A DNA stretch of 64,000 bases from Deltaproteobacteria bacterium (GCA_031389045.1 JANMSE010000193.1:4926-68925), one strand, 5' to 3'; counted from the stretch's first letter, positions 1 to 9,050 are shown. Notes: generated from the sequence alone by a model not told the origin. A program made the numbers and translations.

Positions 1-611
1 TCGATACCAAAGCCGACTTGGCGGCGGCGACCAACTTCATGCTCGCGGCGTTGGCGCTGCCAACCTTAACGGAGACCCAGGTCGAACGCCTGATCGGAGA
101 CGGCGCGCGCGTGCTCGTCGCGCGTGCCCTTGGGCCACAGCGGGCAGACCTCGTGCCACGCGGGTTCACGTTGTTCATGGAGTATTACGTGGCTCATCTC
201 CTCGACCACACCCAACCGTATCCAGGTATCCACGAATTACTTGCCGCCGTCCATGCGCACGGGCTGACGCTGTCCGTCCTCACGAACAAGCCGGAAGCCC
301 CAAGCCGGGCGATTCTCACTGGACTTGGATTAGCGGATTTCTTTGGGGTCATTGTCGGTGGCGACACGCTCCCAATGCGCAAACCCGACCCGCTGGGCGT
401 CCATGACTTGCAACGCAGAACTGGGATCGCCCTGGCCGCGACGCTCCTGATCGGGGACTCGCGCATTGACATGGCAACTGGGCAAGCGGCGGGTGTCACA
501 ACCTGTGGAGTGACGTGGGGATTCGACGCGGAGGGGATGCGTGAGTCCGCACCCTGGTTCGTCGCGGACTCCGTGCCACAATTAGCGACCCTGCTGTTGT
601 CACCCGGTTGA
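1..611 (+). CDS. gph: HAD-family phosphoglycolate phosphatase-like hydrolase, 5' end outside window
   Basis: The reading frame is open to base 1, and the track start at 18 is TTG. HAD motifs LTNKPE and GDSRIDMATGQAAG are present. The N-terminal DxDG motif would lie upstream of the window. Confidence 0.7.
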   Translation, partial: DTKADLAAATNFMLAALALPTLTETQVERLIGDGARVLVARALGPQRADLVPRGFTLFMEYYVAHLLDHTQPYPGIHELLAAVHAHGLTLSVLTNKPEAPSRAILTGLGLADFFGVIVGGDTLPMRKPDPLGVHDLQRRTGIALAATLLIGDSRIDMATGQAAGVTTCGVTWGFDAEGMRESAPWFVADSVPQLATLLLSPG

Positions 612-1481
612 ACCCGACAACGGCAACACTGGGCGTATCCGCTCGGCCATGCGAACAGCCTCGACCGTTTCCTTCACGTCATGCGCGCGAATGATGTGGG
701 CACCGTTGTAGACGGCGATCGCCGCGCAGGCGACCGAGCCAATCAGGCGGTCCGTCGGATTCGCTTGGTCAAGAATTTTTCCGATAAATGATTTGCGTGA
801 AGCCCCAACGAGCAACGGCAATCCGAGTTGCCGTAATTGTCCAAGCTCACGCAACACCAGGCAATCCCATTCATCCCACGAAATTCCTGGCTGGCGAAAA
901 AAACCAATCCCAGGGTCCAGCACAATCTGTGATCGAAGCATCCCCGCCCGCGTGGCGATCTCGACACTTTCGCGCAAGGCACGGAGGGTGCGCTCCAGCG
1001 GCGGCCCAGAGCGAGGCACCGGCTCACTCGCCATGAGGATCGCGCCACCCGCGGACGCGGCAATCAGCGGTGCCATCGCGGGATCGTGCTTCAGGCCACT
1101 GACATCATTGATGATCCGCGCGCCACACTTGAGCGCGGATCGCGCGGCGCTCGCGCGTTTGGTATCAGCGGAAACGGAAACGTTCACCTGAGCCGCGACG
1201 GCACTGACCGCCCACGACAACCGCGCCGTTTCTTCCTCTTCGGAAATCAACGTTTTGAGGTATGGCGCGGTGGACATCGCCCCGATGTCAATGATATGGG
1301 CTCCTGCATCAGCCATCGCGCGGGCCGCCTCGACGAGTCGCGCGGGGTTGTCGTGTACTGAGCCTTGGTAGAACGACTCCGGGCTAACGTTCAGTACGCC
1401 CATGACACGGACCGGGACCGTATCTCCGACCTCCAGGCCCGCCAGATGTGATGACAGTGTTGGTGACAGATGGCGATTCAT
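600..1481 (-). CDS. folP: dihydropteroate synthase
   Basis: DHPS motifs VMGVLNVSPESFYQGS, IIDIGAMSTAP, INDVSGL and GASRKSF. Start set at ATG 1481 (MNRHL...); the track ORF extends to 1532. Confidence 0.9.
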   Translation of the reverse strand: MNRHLSPTLSSHLAGLEVGDTVPVRVMGVLNVSPESFYQGSVHDNPARLVEAARAMADAGAHIIDIGAMSTAPYLKTLISEEEETARLSWAVSAVAAQVNVSVSADTKRASAARSALKCGARIINDVSGLKHDPAMAPLIAASAGGAILMASEPVPRSGPPLERTLRALRESVEIATRAGMLRSQIVLDPGIGFFRQPGISWDEWDCLVLRELGQLRQLGLPLLVGASRKSFIGKILDQANPTDRLIGSVACAAIAVYNGAHIIRAHDVKETVEAVRMAERIRPVLPLSGSTG

Positions 1482-1604
1482 GGCGGCGGAGTGTGACAAA
1501 TTTTTTGAGAAATGGCTACGGGACCCTCGCACCGAGGCGTTTTTGCATTGCCAGGTTGGAGCTTTTCTTTTACACTGCCCAGGCGTTTACAGAGGAGACT
1601 ACTC

Positions 1605-2228
1605 ATGATCAAGTTGTATGACTTTCCGCAAAGCCCCTATTGCCAGAAAGTGCGTCTGGTCCTGGCGGAAAAAGACCTGTCGTATGAAAAAATCTTTGTT
1701 GATTTGACGAAGAACGAACAAAAAGCCCCCGAATTCCTCCGTCTGAATCCCTACGGCAAAGTGCCCGTGCTCGTTGATGAAGACGAGGTCATTTATGATT
1801 CCACCATCATCAATGAATATATCGACGAGGAATATCCGCACCCGCCGCTGTTGCCACCAGAGGACTCCGGTGCGCGGGCACGGGTCCGCACCTTGGAAGA
1901 TTTCGCGGACAACTCGTTCACCGCGCAGGGTGGCTTGCTCGCGGCGGAATTGCGCAAACCCCCGGAGCAAATCGATCAAGAGCGCGTGCAACGCTACCGC
2001 GCGGATTTAGGACGCGTGCTGGAATTCTTGGAGCGCCACCTCGAGGGGAAAGAATACATGAGCGGCACGTTTTCCCTGGCGGATTTAGCGTTGGTTCCCC
2101 GGCTATTACAATTACCTAAACTGGGAGTGGAGATTCCCTCACGGCTCATCAACGTGCTGGCGTGGAGCGAACGCGTGAAGCGGCGCCCCTCGGTCAAACA
2201 GTTGCAGCATGACCTGGGACTCGCCTAA
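1605..2228 (+). CDS. glutathione S-transferase family protein
   Basis: MIKLYDFPQSPYCQKVRLVLAEKDL...GKVPVLVDEDEVIYDSTIINEYI is a thioredoxin-like GST N-domain. ATG 1605 is preceded by AGAGGAG. Confidence 0.85.
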   Translation: MIKLYDFPQSPYCQKVRLVLAEKDLSYEKIFVDLTKNEQKAPEFLRLNPYGKVPVLVDEDEVIYDSTIINEYIDEEYPHPPLLPPEDSGARARVRTLEDFADNSFTAQGGLLAAELRKPPEQIDQERVQRYRADLGRVLEFLERHLEGKEYMSGTFSLADLALVPRLLQLPKLGVEIPSRLINVLAWSERVKRRPSVKQLQHDLGLA

Positions 2229-2282
2229 CGTTGTCCTTCAGAGCTTGCTTCCCTCACTCTTTCAGATAGAAGCGAGGCGATT

Positions 2283-2936
2283 ATGGCAGAACTACCGTCC
2301 GTGATTCCTATCTTCCCATTGCCCAATGTGGTCCTGTTTCCCCAGGTGATGTTGCCCCTGCATATTTTCGAGCCGCGCTATCGCAAAATGGTGCGCGACA
2401 CGGAATCCCAAAGCCCCCCACTCATCGGGATGGCGCTCCTGCGTGGCAATTGGCAGGAGCACTACGAGGGCAATCCCGAGGTATTCTCCATCGGATGCGC
2501 GGGAGAAATAGTGCGGGTGGCACCGTTACCGGATGGTCGATTTAACATTCTGTTACAAGGGTTGCGGCGTTACCACATTCGCGAGGAAATCGTCACGGAG
2601 GGGTATCGTCAAGCGCGAGTCGAGTGGGACCCGCCGCTCAAGGAAACGCTTGATGCTGACCGCCGACACGGGCTACGCCAATTGCTCGATCAGTATCTGA
2701 AGAAAAACGAACAAGTACGGAAATTTTTCTCCGACCCCAATATCGACGACGACTTCCTCGTTAATTTTTTCGCCTTTCATCTCGATTTTTTACCGATCGA
2801 AAAACAAAGTCTCCTCGAAGTCCAAGCGCTCGCGGAGCGTGCCGACCGTCTCCGCGATATCCTCGATTTCAAATTAACGGAAAGCGGCTTATCGGACAGT
2901 CATCTGGGTGGCGCGGGAAAACCCCGATTCCACTGA
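2283..2936 (+). CDS. LON N-terminal (substrate-binding) domain protein
   Basis: IPIFPLPNVVLFPQVMLPLHIFEPRYRKM is the typical Lon N-domain start. There is no AAA or protease domain. Confidence 0.8.
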   Translation: MAELPSVIPIFPLPNVVLFPQVMLPLHIFEPRYRKMVRDTESQSPPLIGMALLRGNWQEHYEGNPEVFSIGCAGEIVRVAPLPDGRFNILLQGLRRYHIREEIVTEGYRQARVEWDPPLKETLDADRRHGLRQLLDQYLKKNEQVRKFFSDPNIDDDFLVNFFAFHLDFLPIEKQSLLEVQALAERADRLRDILDFKLTESGLSDSHLGGAGKPRFH

Positions 2937-2942
2937 ACTGCC

Positions 2943-2970
2943 TTGACAAAGCGCGCTTGCTCCATATAGT
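2943..2970 (+). promoter_or_regulatory. candidate sigma70-type promoter (TTGACA-16 nt-TATAGT)
   Basis: TTGACA at 2943-2948 and TATAGT at 2965-2970, directly after the upstream stop and ahead of the nuoI-like/moeB-like operon. Confidence 0.4.
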
Positions 2971-3009
2971 GACCAGCAAAATTTCAGCCGATTGCACTCG
3001 ATACCACCC

Positions 3010-3600
3010 ATGAAACGAAAAAATGAGATGACGCTGTGGGAGCGTCTGTACGTGCCGGAAGTCATCCGGGGATTAAGCGTAACGACGTTCCATTTCTTTC
3101 GTAATATATCGCTGCATACCCTCCACTCCCTGGGGTTCGCCGAGAAAACCAAGGCGGCATATACCACACAATATCCTGAAGAGCGGAAACGCTATCCCGA
3201 TACCTATCGTGGTAGTCATCGCCTGACGCTTAAGGAAGATAATTCCGTACGCTGCACAGCGTGTTACCTGTGCGCGACCGCCTGTCCAGCCAACTGTATT
3301 TTCATTGAAGCGGGTGAGCATCCCGACCCTACCGTCGAGAAGTTCCCGGTGCGCTATGAGATCGATACGCTCCGCTGCATTTATTGCGGCATGTGCGTGG
3401 AAGCGTGTCCGTGTGACGCCATTCGCATGGATACGTATGTGCATCCGCGAATATGGGGCTACACTCGCGCCGATTTTATCGAGTCGAAAGAGGTGTTGAT
3501 GAATCGCTCGCATGCGCTGGCCGAAGGCGGGCGTGACTCGTTGATGGTGCAAATGCTGGAAAGCTACAAGGATGCGGACCAAAGGGCGTTGATTTCGTAA
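3010..3600 (+). CDS. NuoI-like 2x[4Fe-4S] ferredoxin (NADH-quinone oxidoreductase subunit I family), not in a nuo operon
   Basis: CTACYLCATACP and CIYCGMCVEACP motifs, plus the YPEE..RYRG..L N-terminal region typical of NuoI/Nqo9. The start is ambiguous (2992 TTG, 3010 ATG or 3028 ATG). Confidence 0.75.
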   Translation: MKRKNEMTLWERLYVPEVIRGLSVTTFHFFRNISLHTLHSLGFAEKTKAAYTTQYPEERKRYPDTYRGSHRLTLKEDNSVRCTACYLCATACPANCIFIEAGEHPDPTVEKFPVRYEIDTLRCIYCGMCVEACPCDAIRMDTYVHPRIWGYTRADFIESKEVLMNRSHALAEGGRDSLMVQMLESYKDADQRALIS

Positions 3601-3637
3601 GCCTCCCACGGGGCCACAAGCCGAAAAAGAGGATTGT

Positions 3638-4816
3638 ATGGCGAAAACCTATAAAGAACTGATGGAAGAAGCGCGTCAAATCGTGCCTGAAGTGGCGATT
3701 GATGAGGTGAAGAACCGCATCGAACGGGGCGAGAACTGGACGCTGCTTGATGTTCGGGAACGCGAAGAATACCGTGAAGGCCATCTCGACGGAGCCCTGT
3801 CATTGCCGCGTGGGTTTCTCGAAATGCGCGTCGAGGAAGCGGTGCCCGATAAGAGCACCCCGATCATCGCCTACTGCGCCGGTGGCGTGCGTTCGCTGAT
3901 CGCGGCGCGCACCCTGAAAGAGCTAGGCTATGAGAAAGTGACTTCCATGTCTGGCGGGTACACCTCATGGAAGAATGCCGGATACAAGTGGGTCGCGGAC
4001 CGACAGTTCACCCAAGAGCAAATTACTCGTTACGCACGCCACTTCACGCTCCCCGAAGTTGGGGAAAAGGGGCAAGCAAAGTTGCTCGAAGCGAAGGTGC
4101 TGTGCATTGGCGCTGGTGGCCTCGGTTCTCCGGTGGCGTTCTATCTCGCTGCCGCGGGGGTGGGGACCATCGGGATCATTGATAACGACACCGTCGATAT
4201 GAGCAATCTGCAACGGCAGATACTCCACACCAATGATCGGATCGGGATGCCTAAGGTTGAATCCGCGCAGAAAACCCTGAACGCGCTCAATCCCGATGTG
4301 ACGGTGATTCCGTTTAACGAGCGGCTGTCGTCGGAAAACGTGATGCGGATCATCAAGGACTTCGACATTGTGATTAACGGCTGCGACAACTTTCCCACGC
4401 GCTATCTGATTAACGATGCCTGCGTGATGGCGAAGAAACCGTTGGTTGATGGCTCCATCTTCCAGTTCGAGGGACAGGCGACCGTTTTCTATCCAGACCG
4501 TGGGCCATGCTATCGCTGCTTATTCCCAGAGCCACCGCCTCCGGGGGCCGCTCCAAGCTGCGCGGAAGCCGGTGTGCTCGGTGTATTGCCCGGACTCGTG
4601 GGCTGCATGCAAGCACTGGAAGCGATGAAGCTCATTCTGGGCGCGGGCAAGCCGCTCATTGGCCGCATGATGCACTTTGATACCCTGAGCAGCGAAGTGC
4701 GCGTGCTCAAGCTGCGGCGCGATCCCAACTGCTTGGTGTGCGGCGATCATCCGAAAATCACCGAGCTGATTGATTACGAAGAATTCTGCGGGTTGCGCAC
4801 GGCGCACTCGGCCTGA
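3638..4816 (+). CDS. rhodanese-ThiF/MoeB fusion: sulfur-carrier-protein adenylyltransferase with an N-terminal rhodanese domain
   Basis: N-terminal rhodanese (LLDVREREEYREGHL..., active-site loop YCAGGVRS). This is followed by a ThiF/MoeB domain with GAGGLGSP, CxxC pairs (CYRC, CLVC) and SCAEAGVLG. Confidence 0.85.
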   Translation: MAKTYKELMEEARQIVPEVAIDEVKNRIERGENWTLLDVREREEYREGHLDGALSLPRGFLEMRVEEAVPDKSTPIIAYCAGGVRSLIAARTLKELGYEKVTSMSGGYTSWKNAGYKWVADRQFTQEQITRYARHFTLPEVGEKGQAKLLEAKVLCIGAGGLGSPVAFYLAAAGVGTIGIIDNDTVDMSNLQRQILHTNDRIGMPKVESAQKTLNALNPDVTVIPFNERLSSENVMRIIKDFDIVINGCDNFPTRYLINDACVMAKKPLVDGSIFQFEGQATVFYPDRGPCYRCLFPEPPPPGAAPSCAEAGVLGVLPGLVGCMQALEAMKLILGAGKPLIGRMMHFDTLSSEVRVLKLRRDPNCLVCGDHPKITELIDYEEFCGLRTAHSA

Positions 4817-4883
4817 TTTCCACGGGACGTGTTGTCGCGAGCGTCCATTTGTAGATAACCGCAGCAACGGAGCAGGAGGGTGT

Positions 4884-5348
4884 ATGAAACAGATTGTTGT
4901 TCATCAAGAGAAGTGCACAGCGTGTCGCGAATGCGAATTGGCCTGTTCGTTTTCTCACGAAAATATCTTCTCGCCGACGCTCTCACGTATCCGTATCGCC
5001 GACTTCTACGAAGAGCAATTTTATCAACCAATGGTCTGTGTCCACTGCGCGGACGCTCCCTGCGCCGCCGTGTGTCCGACGGTCGCCATTCAACGACAGA
5101 CCGATGGACAGATCAAAGTCATTGATGATCGCTGTATTGGCTGCAAGATGTGCCTCCTCGCCTGTCCATTTGGCGTGATGGGCTTCTCGCCGGAAAAAGG
5201 GATTGCCCACAACTGTGATTTCTGCGAGGGCGATCCCCAGTGCGTGCAGTTCTGCACTCCCGGCGCGCTTGAGTTCAAGGACGTGGTGGCGATTGAAGCG
5301 CTGGCGAACCAGAAAGCCGCCGCCGCCCTTGGGCTGCCGAAGGCGTAA
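4884..5348 (+). CDS. 4x[4Fe-4S] ferredoxin-type electron-transfer subunit (AorA/HybA-like)
   Basis: Four Cys clusters: CTACRECELAC, CVHCADAPCAAVCP, CIGCKMCLLACP and CDFCEGDPQCVQFC. ATG 4884 follows AGGAGGG. Confidence 0.85.
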   Translation: MKQIVVHQEKCTACRECELACSFSHENIFSPTLSRIRIADFYEEQFYQPMVCVHCADAPCAAVCPTVAIQRQTDGQIKVIDDRCIGCKMCLLACPFGVMGFSPEKGIAHNCDFCEGDPQCVQFCTPGALEFKDVVAIEALANQKAAAALGLPKA

Positions 5349-5424
5349 AACGGAAAGCGTAAAACGTAACTACCCACGCCCTCTTTTCTTTACGGTTTAC
5401 CTCTTTACTCTTTACGTTTCACGC
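5343..5424. repeat. imperfect palindrome built from GTAAAAC(G) words (family A, copy 1)
   Basis: Left arm is gcgtaaaacggaaagcgtaaaacgtaa and right arm is ttacggtttacctctttactctttacgtttcacgc. The first word contains the ferredoxin TAA stop (5346-5348). Confidence 0.8.
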
Positions 5425-5437
5425 ATGAGGAGGAACG

Positions 5438-6691
5438 ATGCCGACGCGATATGTGTTAATTGGCAATAGCGCCGCCGCACTTGAAGCACTTCGTGGCATT
5501 CGCAAACACGACCGCGAGGGAGCCATCACCGTCATCAATCGTGAAGAGGGCCCCGCGTATTCCCGTGTCGCCCTGCCGTATTACGTCGCGGGCGAAATGA
5601 CGTTGAATGATCTCCTCATTCGTCAACGCCCTGACTATGGAAGCCTGGGCGCGACGTTAGTAGAAAAAGAGAATGTCACCGCGATTGACTCCGCTGGCAA
5701 GAAAGTCGAACTCGCCAGCGGGAAGAAAATCGAATTTGACAAACTGTTGATCGGCACCGGATCGGAGACGATCAAGCCACCGATTCAAGGACTCGATCAA
5801 GTACCTCATCACTATTTGTGGACACTCGACGATGCCATCGGCATGAAGAAAGCGGCGGAGAAAGCGCAAACCGCCGTGGTGATTGGCGGCGGTTTTATCG
5901 GCATGCTCGCCGCCGAAGCGCTGCGCAAGCTCAAGGTCAAATTGACCATTGTCGAGATGGCCCCGATTCTCCTCCCGCAATTGCTTGATGAAGGAGCCGG
6001 AAAACTGTTCTTGCAAGCGGTCCGCGATGAAGGGGTGACGGTACGCACTGGTGCCCTGGTTTCCGCGCTCGCTAAGAAAGGGGACACGATTGAAGTCACG
6101 CTGAAAGATGGCGCGACCTTCACTGTCGATATGGCCGTGGTCGCCACTGGCGTCAAACCCCATGTCCAATGCGTCAGCAATGGCGCGGTGACCGTGAATA
6201 AAGGGATCGTGGTCAACGAATACCTGGCGACCAACCACCCTGACATCTTCGCGGCTGGCGATGTCGCGGAAACGAAAGATTTTCTCTCCGCTGATCGTTC
6301 GATCTACGCCATCTGGCCGACCGCGGTTGAGCAAGGTCGAGCCGCTGGTGCGAACATGGCTGGGGCAAAGCTCGCGTATCCAGGCAGTTTGGGGATGAAC
6401 GTTGTCGAACTCTTCAATGTGACCCTGGCGCAACTCGGTCGCTTCCGTGAAGGCGCGGACGATGATGTCAAAATGCTTAGCCACGGTGGCGATGAACTCT
6501 ATCGCAAAGTGGTCGTCGATAAGAACGGGACGTTGGTCGGCGCGATCTACTTAGGAAACGAGAATGGGGCCGCCGAGATGGGCGTGATTCACAGCGCCAT
6601 CAAGCGTCGGGAAAAGTGGCAGGGCTTTCAAGACGGACGCCCACCGGTTTTTACGTATGCGTCGGTGATGCACCGCGTGCCTCGGTACTAA
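5438..6691 (+). CDS. FAD/NAD(P)-dependent pyridine nucleotide-disulfide oxidoreductase family protein (AorC/rubredoxin-reductase-like)
   Basis: Two Rossmann motifs (VLIGNSAAALEA, AVVIGGGFIGMLAAEA) and the FAAGDVAE FAD motif. ATG 5438 follows GAGGAGG. Confidence 0.85.
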   Translation: MPTRYVLIGNSAAALEALRGIRKHDREGAITVINREEGPAYSRVALPYYVAGEMTLNDLLIRQRPDYGSLGATLVEKENVTAIDSAGKKVELASGKKIEFDKLLIGTGSETIKPPIQGLDQVPHHYLWTLDDAIGMKKAAEKAQTAVVIGGGFIGMLAAEALRKLKVKLTIVEMAPILLPQLLDEGAGKLFLQAVRDEGVTVRTGALVSALAKKGDTIEVTLKDGATFTVDMAVVATGVKPHVQCVSNGAVTVNKGIVVNEYLATNHPDIFAAGDVAETKDFLSADRSIYAIWPTAVEQGRAAGANMAGAKLAYPGSLGMNVVELFNVTLAQLGRFREGADDDVKMLSHGGDELYRKVVVDKNGTLVGAIYLGNENGAAEMGVIHSAIKRREKWQGFQDGRPPVFTYASVMHRVPRY

Positions 6692-6731
6692 AAGAAGAAA
6701 AGTCAAAGGGCAAAAGTCAAAAGTCAAAAAC
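6691..6731 (+). repeat. AAAGTCA heptamer tandem repeat (family B, copy 1)
   Basis: The sequence aaagaagaaaagtcaaagggcaaaagtcaaaagtcaaaaa begins right after the TAA stop at 6689-6691. Confidence 0.8.
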
Positions 6732-6755
6732 GGGGAAAGTGAGTGGGCTCCTCAA

Positions 6756-6794
6756 GTTCCCTCTCCTGGATGGGAGAGGGCTAGGGTGAGGAGG
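6756..6794. repeat. CCCTCTCC...GGGAGAGGG hairpin followed by GTGAGG words (family I, copy 1)
   Basis: The sequence gttccctctcctggatgggagagggctagggtgaggagg is near-identical in architecture to 9141-9180. Confidence 0.75.
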
Positions 6795-6848
6795 ATCACA
6801 TGACCTCTTCCTTTTTCCTTCGTTCGAGACGTTACCGAGAGTTCCTCA

Positions 6849-7103
6849 ATGGCTGATACTGTAACGATTTCGGTGAAACTGTTCGCCACCTTGAAACGCT
6901 ACATCCCAGCGGGCGGCCAAGACGGGTTTCCGCTTTCATTACCGCGTGGAGCCACTGTGCAAGATGCGATTAACGCGCTGAACATTCCACCGGAACAAGC
7001 CGGGATGCTCGTTGCCGGAGATAGCTATATAGAAAAAGGGGCGACGCTCACTGATGGTTTGCAATTGAATATCTTTCCCCCACTTGCTGGGGGTGTTGCC
7101 TGA
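6849..7103 (+). CDS. MoaD/ThiS-family sulfur carrier protein with a GG-VA C-terminus
   Basis: 84 aa with a beta-grasp-like pattern (VKLFATLKRY...). It ends ...FPPLAGGVA*, so the diglycine is followed by two extra residues. Confidence 0.7.
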   Translation: MADTVTISVKLFATLKRYIPAGGQDGFPLSLPRGATVQDAINALNIPPEQAGMLVAGDSYIEKGATLTDGLQLNIFPPLAGGVA

Positions 7104-7136
7104 CAATGCGTTCCACGCCGTAGTGATCCAAGTAGT

Positions 7137-7172
7137 GCAAGGGCACGGTCCGCCGTGCCCTTGCTATTTGTG
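7137..7172 (+). terminator. candidate intrinsic terminator after the MoaD-like gene
   Basis: A 12-bp GC-rich stem (gcaagggcacgg / ccgtgcccttgc) with a 4-nt loop, followed by a weak T tract (tatttgtgt). Confidence 0.45.
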
Positions 7173-7199
7173 TCCAAGAGAAAGTAGGAGTACCAAACC

Positions 7200-9050
7200 G
7201 TGACCTCAGCTCAAGATATCGCCGCTCTCCAAACCGCCGCGCGCAAATTGCGCATTCATTCCTTGCGCTCAACCGCGGAAGCCGGCTCTGGCCATCCGAC
7301 TTCGTGCCTGTCCGCCGCGGAACTGATGGCGGCGCTGTTTTTTCACACGATGCGCTTCGACCCCAAGCATCCCGCGAATCCACAGAACGACCGCTTCGTC
7401 CTCTCGAAAGGCCATGCGGCTCCCGTGTTATACGCGGCACTCGCGGAGGCCGGAGCGTTGCCGGTATCACAACTGGACACTTTGCGGAAAATCACCAGTG
7501 ACCTCGAAGGACATCCCACTCCGCGTATTCCTTGGGTTGGCGCGGCGACCGGATCACTTGGGCAGGGCTTGTCGGTTGGCGTGGGCATGGCCCTCAATGG
7601 CAAGTATCTCGATAAGCTGAGCGCTCGTGTCTATGTGTTGCTCGGCGATGGTGAAATCGCCGAGGGGAGCGTGTGGGAGGCGGCGGCGCTTGCGTCTCAT
7701 TACCAACTCGACAATCTGGTCGGCATCATTGATGTCAACGGTCTCGGTCAGAGTCAGCGCACGATGTACAACCACGATGTGGAGGTCTATCGCGCTCGTT
7801 TTGCCGCGTTTGGGTGGCATGCCGTTACCGTGGATGGCCATAATCTTCAAGAGGTCACCGCGGCGCTTGATACGGCGCACACCGTGAAGAATCGTCCGAC
7901 CATGATCGTCGCACGCACACTCAAAGGGAAAGGCGTTTCGTTTTTAGAAGATAAAGAGGGATGGCATGGCAAGCCACTGAAGAAAGGCGAGGAACTCGAC
8001 AAGGCGTTGCAAGAACTGCCGCTGAACGGCAGTGGCGGCACTGTTCACGTGACTGCTCCTCCGGCGGGTGTGGTGCGTACCGCCGGGACCGTCGCACCGT
8101 ATCCGCCGCCGAATTATCAACTCGGAGAGAAAGTGGCCACGCGTGCGGCTTACGGCACGGCGTTGGCGAAGTTGGGCTCGCTGAATCCGCTGGTAGTGGC
8201 GCTTGATGGCGATACCAAGAATTCGACCTTCGCCGAAAAATTCAAGGACGCGCATCCAGACCGTTTCTTCGAGAGCTTCATCGCTGAACAGAACATGGTC
8301 AGCGCGGCGGTTGGATTCGCCGCTTGCGGCAAGATTCCTTTTGTTTCGACTTTTGCCGCGTTCCTGACTCGTGCGTTTGATAACATTCGCATGGCCGCGG
8401 TGTCGGGCATTGCCATCACCTACGTGGGGTCGCACTGCGGTGTGTCGATTGGTGAGGACGGTCCTTCGCAGATGGGACTTGAAGACCTGGCGATGATGCG
8501 GGCGATTCCTAACTCAACGGTGCTCTATCCATCCGATGCGGTCGCGGCGGAACGCTTGGTCGCGGCAGCGGCGGGCTTGAGAGGGGCAACCTATATCCGC
8601 ACCTCACGTCCAGCGACCCCAGTGCTCTACGCGAATACGGAAGAGTTTCCCATTGGCGGCAGCAAAGTCGTGGGCTCCAGCGCGAATGATGCGCTTACTG
8701 TCGTGGCGGCGGGGGTGACGCTGCACGAAGCGCTGACCGCGAGCGAAACACTCAAAGCCGCTGGCATCAATATCCGCGTGATTGACGCCTATTCGGTGAA
8801 ACCAATTGATAGTCAAGGTCTCTTACAAGCGGCAGCGCAGACTCGGAACACGCTGGTGGTTGTTGAAGATCACTATGCCGACGGTGGACTTGGAGATGCG
8901 GTGTTGAACGCCGTCGCGCTCCACAGCGTGCGGGTGCATAAGATCGCGGTGACCGAAGTGCCTCGCTCTGGCAAACCGGAAGAACTGCTCGACGCGCATG
9001 GAATCAGTGCCCGCCGGATCGTGGAGTTCATCAAGAAAAACGTGGCCTAG
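7200..9050 (+). CDS. tkt: transketolase (616-aa single-chain form)
   Basis: SGHPTSCLSAAELMAALFF, GDGEIAEGSVWEAA (ThDP motif) and the C-terminal pyrimidine-binding and C-domain. GTG 7200 follows AGGAG. Confidence 0.9.
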   Translation: MTSAQDIAALQTAARKLRIHSLRSTAEAGSGHPTSCLSAAELMAALFFHTMRFDPKHPANPQNDRFVLSKGHAAPVLYAALAEAGALPVSQLDTLRKITSDLEGHPTPRIPWVGAATGSLGQGLSVGVGMALNGKYLDKLSARVYVLLGDGEIAEGSVWEAAALASHYQLDNLVGIIDVNGLGQSQRTMYNHDVEVYRARFAAFGWHAVTVDGHNLQEVTAALDTAHTVKNRPTMIVARTLKGKGVSFLEDKEGWHGKPLKKGEELDKALQELPLNGSGGTVHVTAPPAGVVRTAGTVAPYPPPNYQLGEKVATRAAYGTALAKLGSLNPLVVALDGDTKNSTFAEKFKDAHPDRFFESFIAEQNMVSAAVGFAACGKIPFVSTFAAFLTRAFDNIRMAAVSGIAITYVGSHCGVSIGEDGPSQMGLEDLAMMRAIPNSTVLYPSDAVAAERLVAAAAGLRGATYIRTSRPATPVLYANTEEFPIGGSKVVGSSANDALTVVAAGVTLHEALTASETLKAAGINIRVIDAYSVKPIDSQGLLQAAAQTRNTLVVVEDHYADGGLGDAVLNAVALHSVRVHKIAVTEVPRSGKPEELLDAHGISARRIVEFIKKNVA

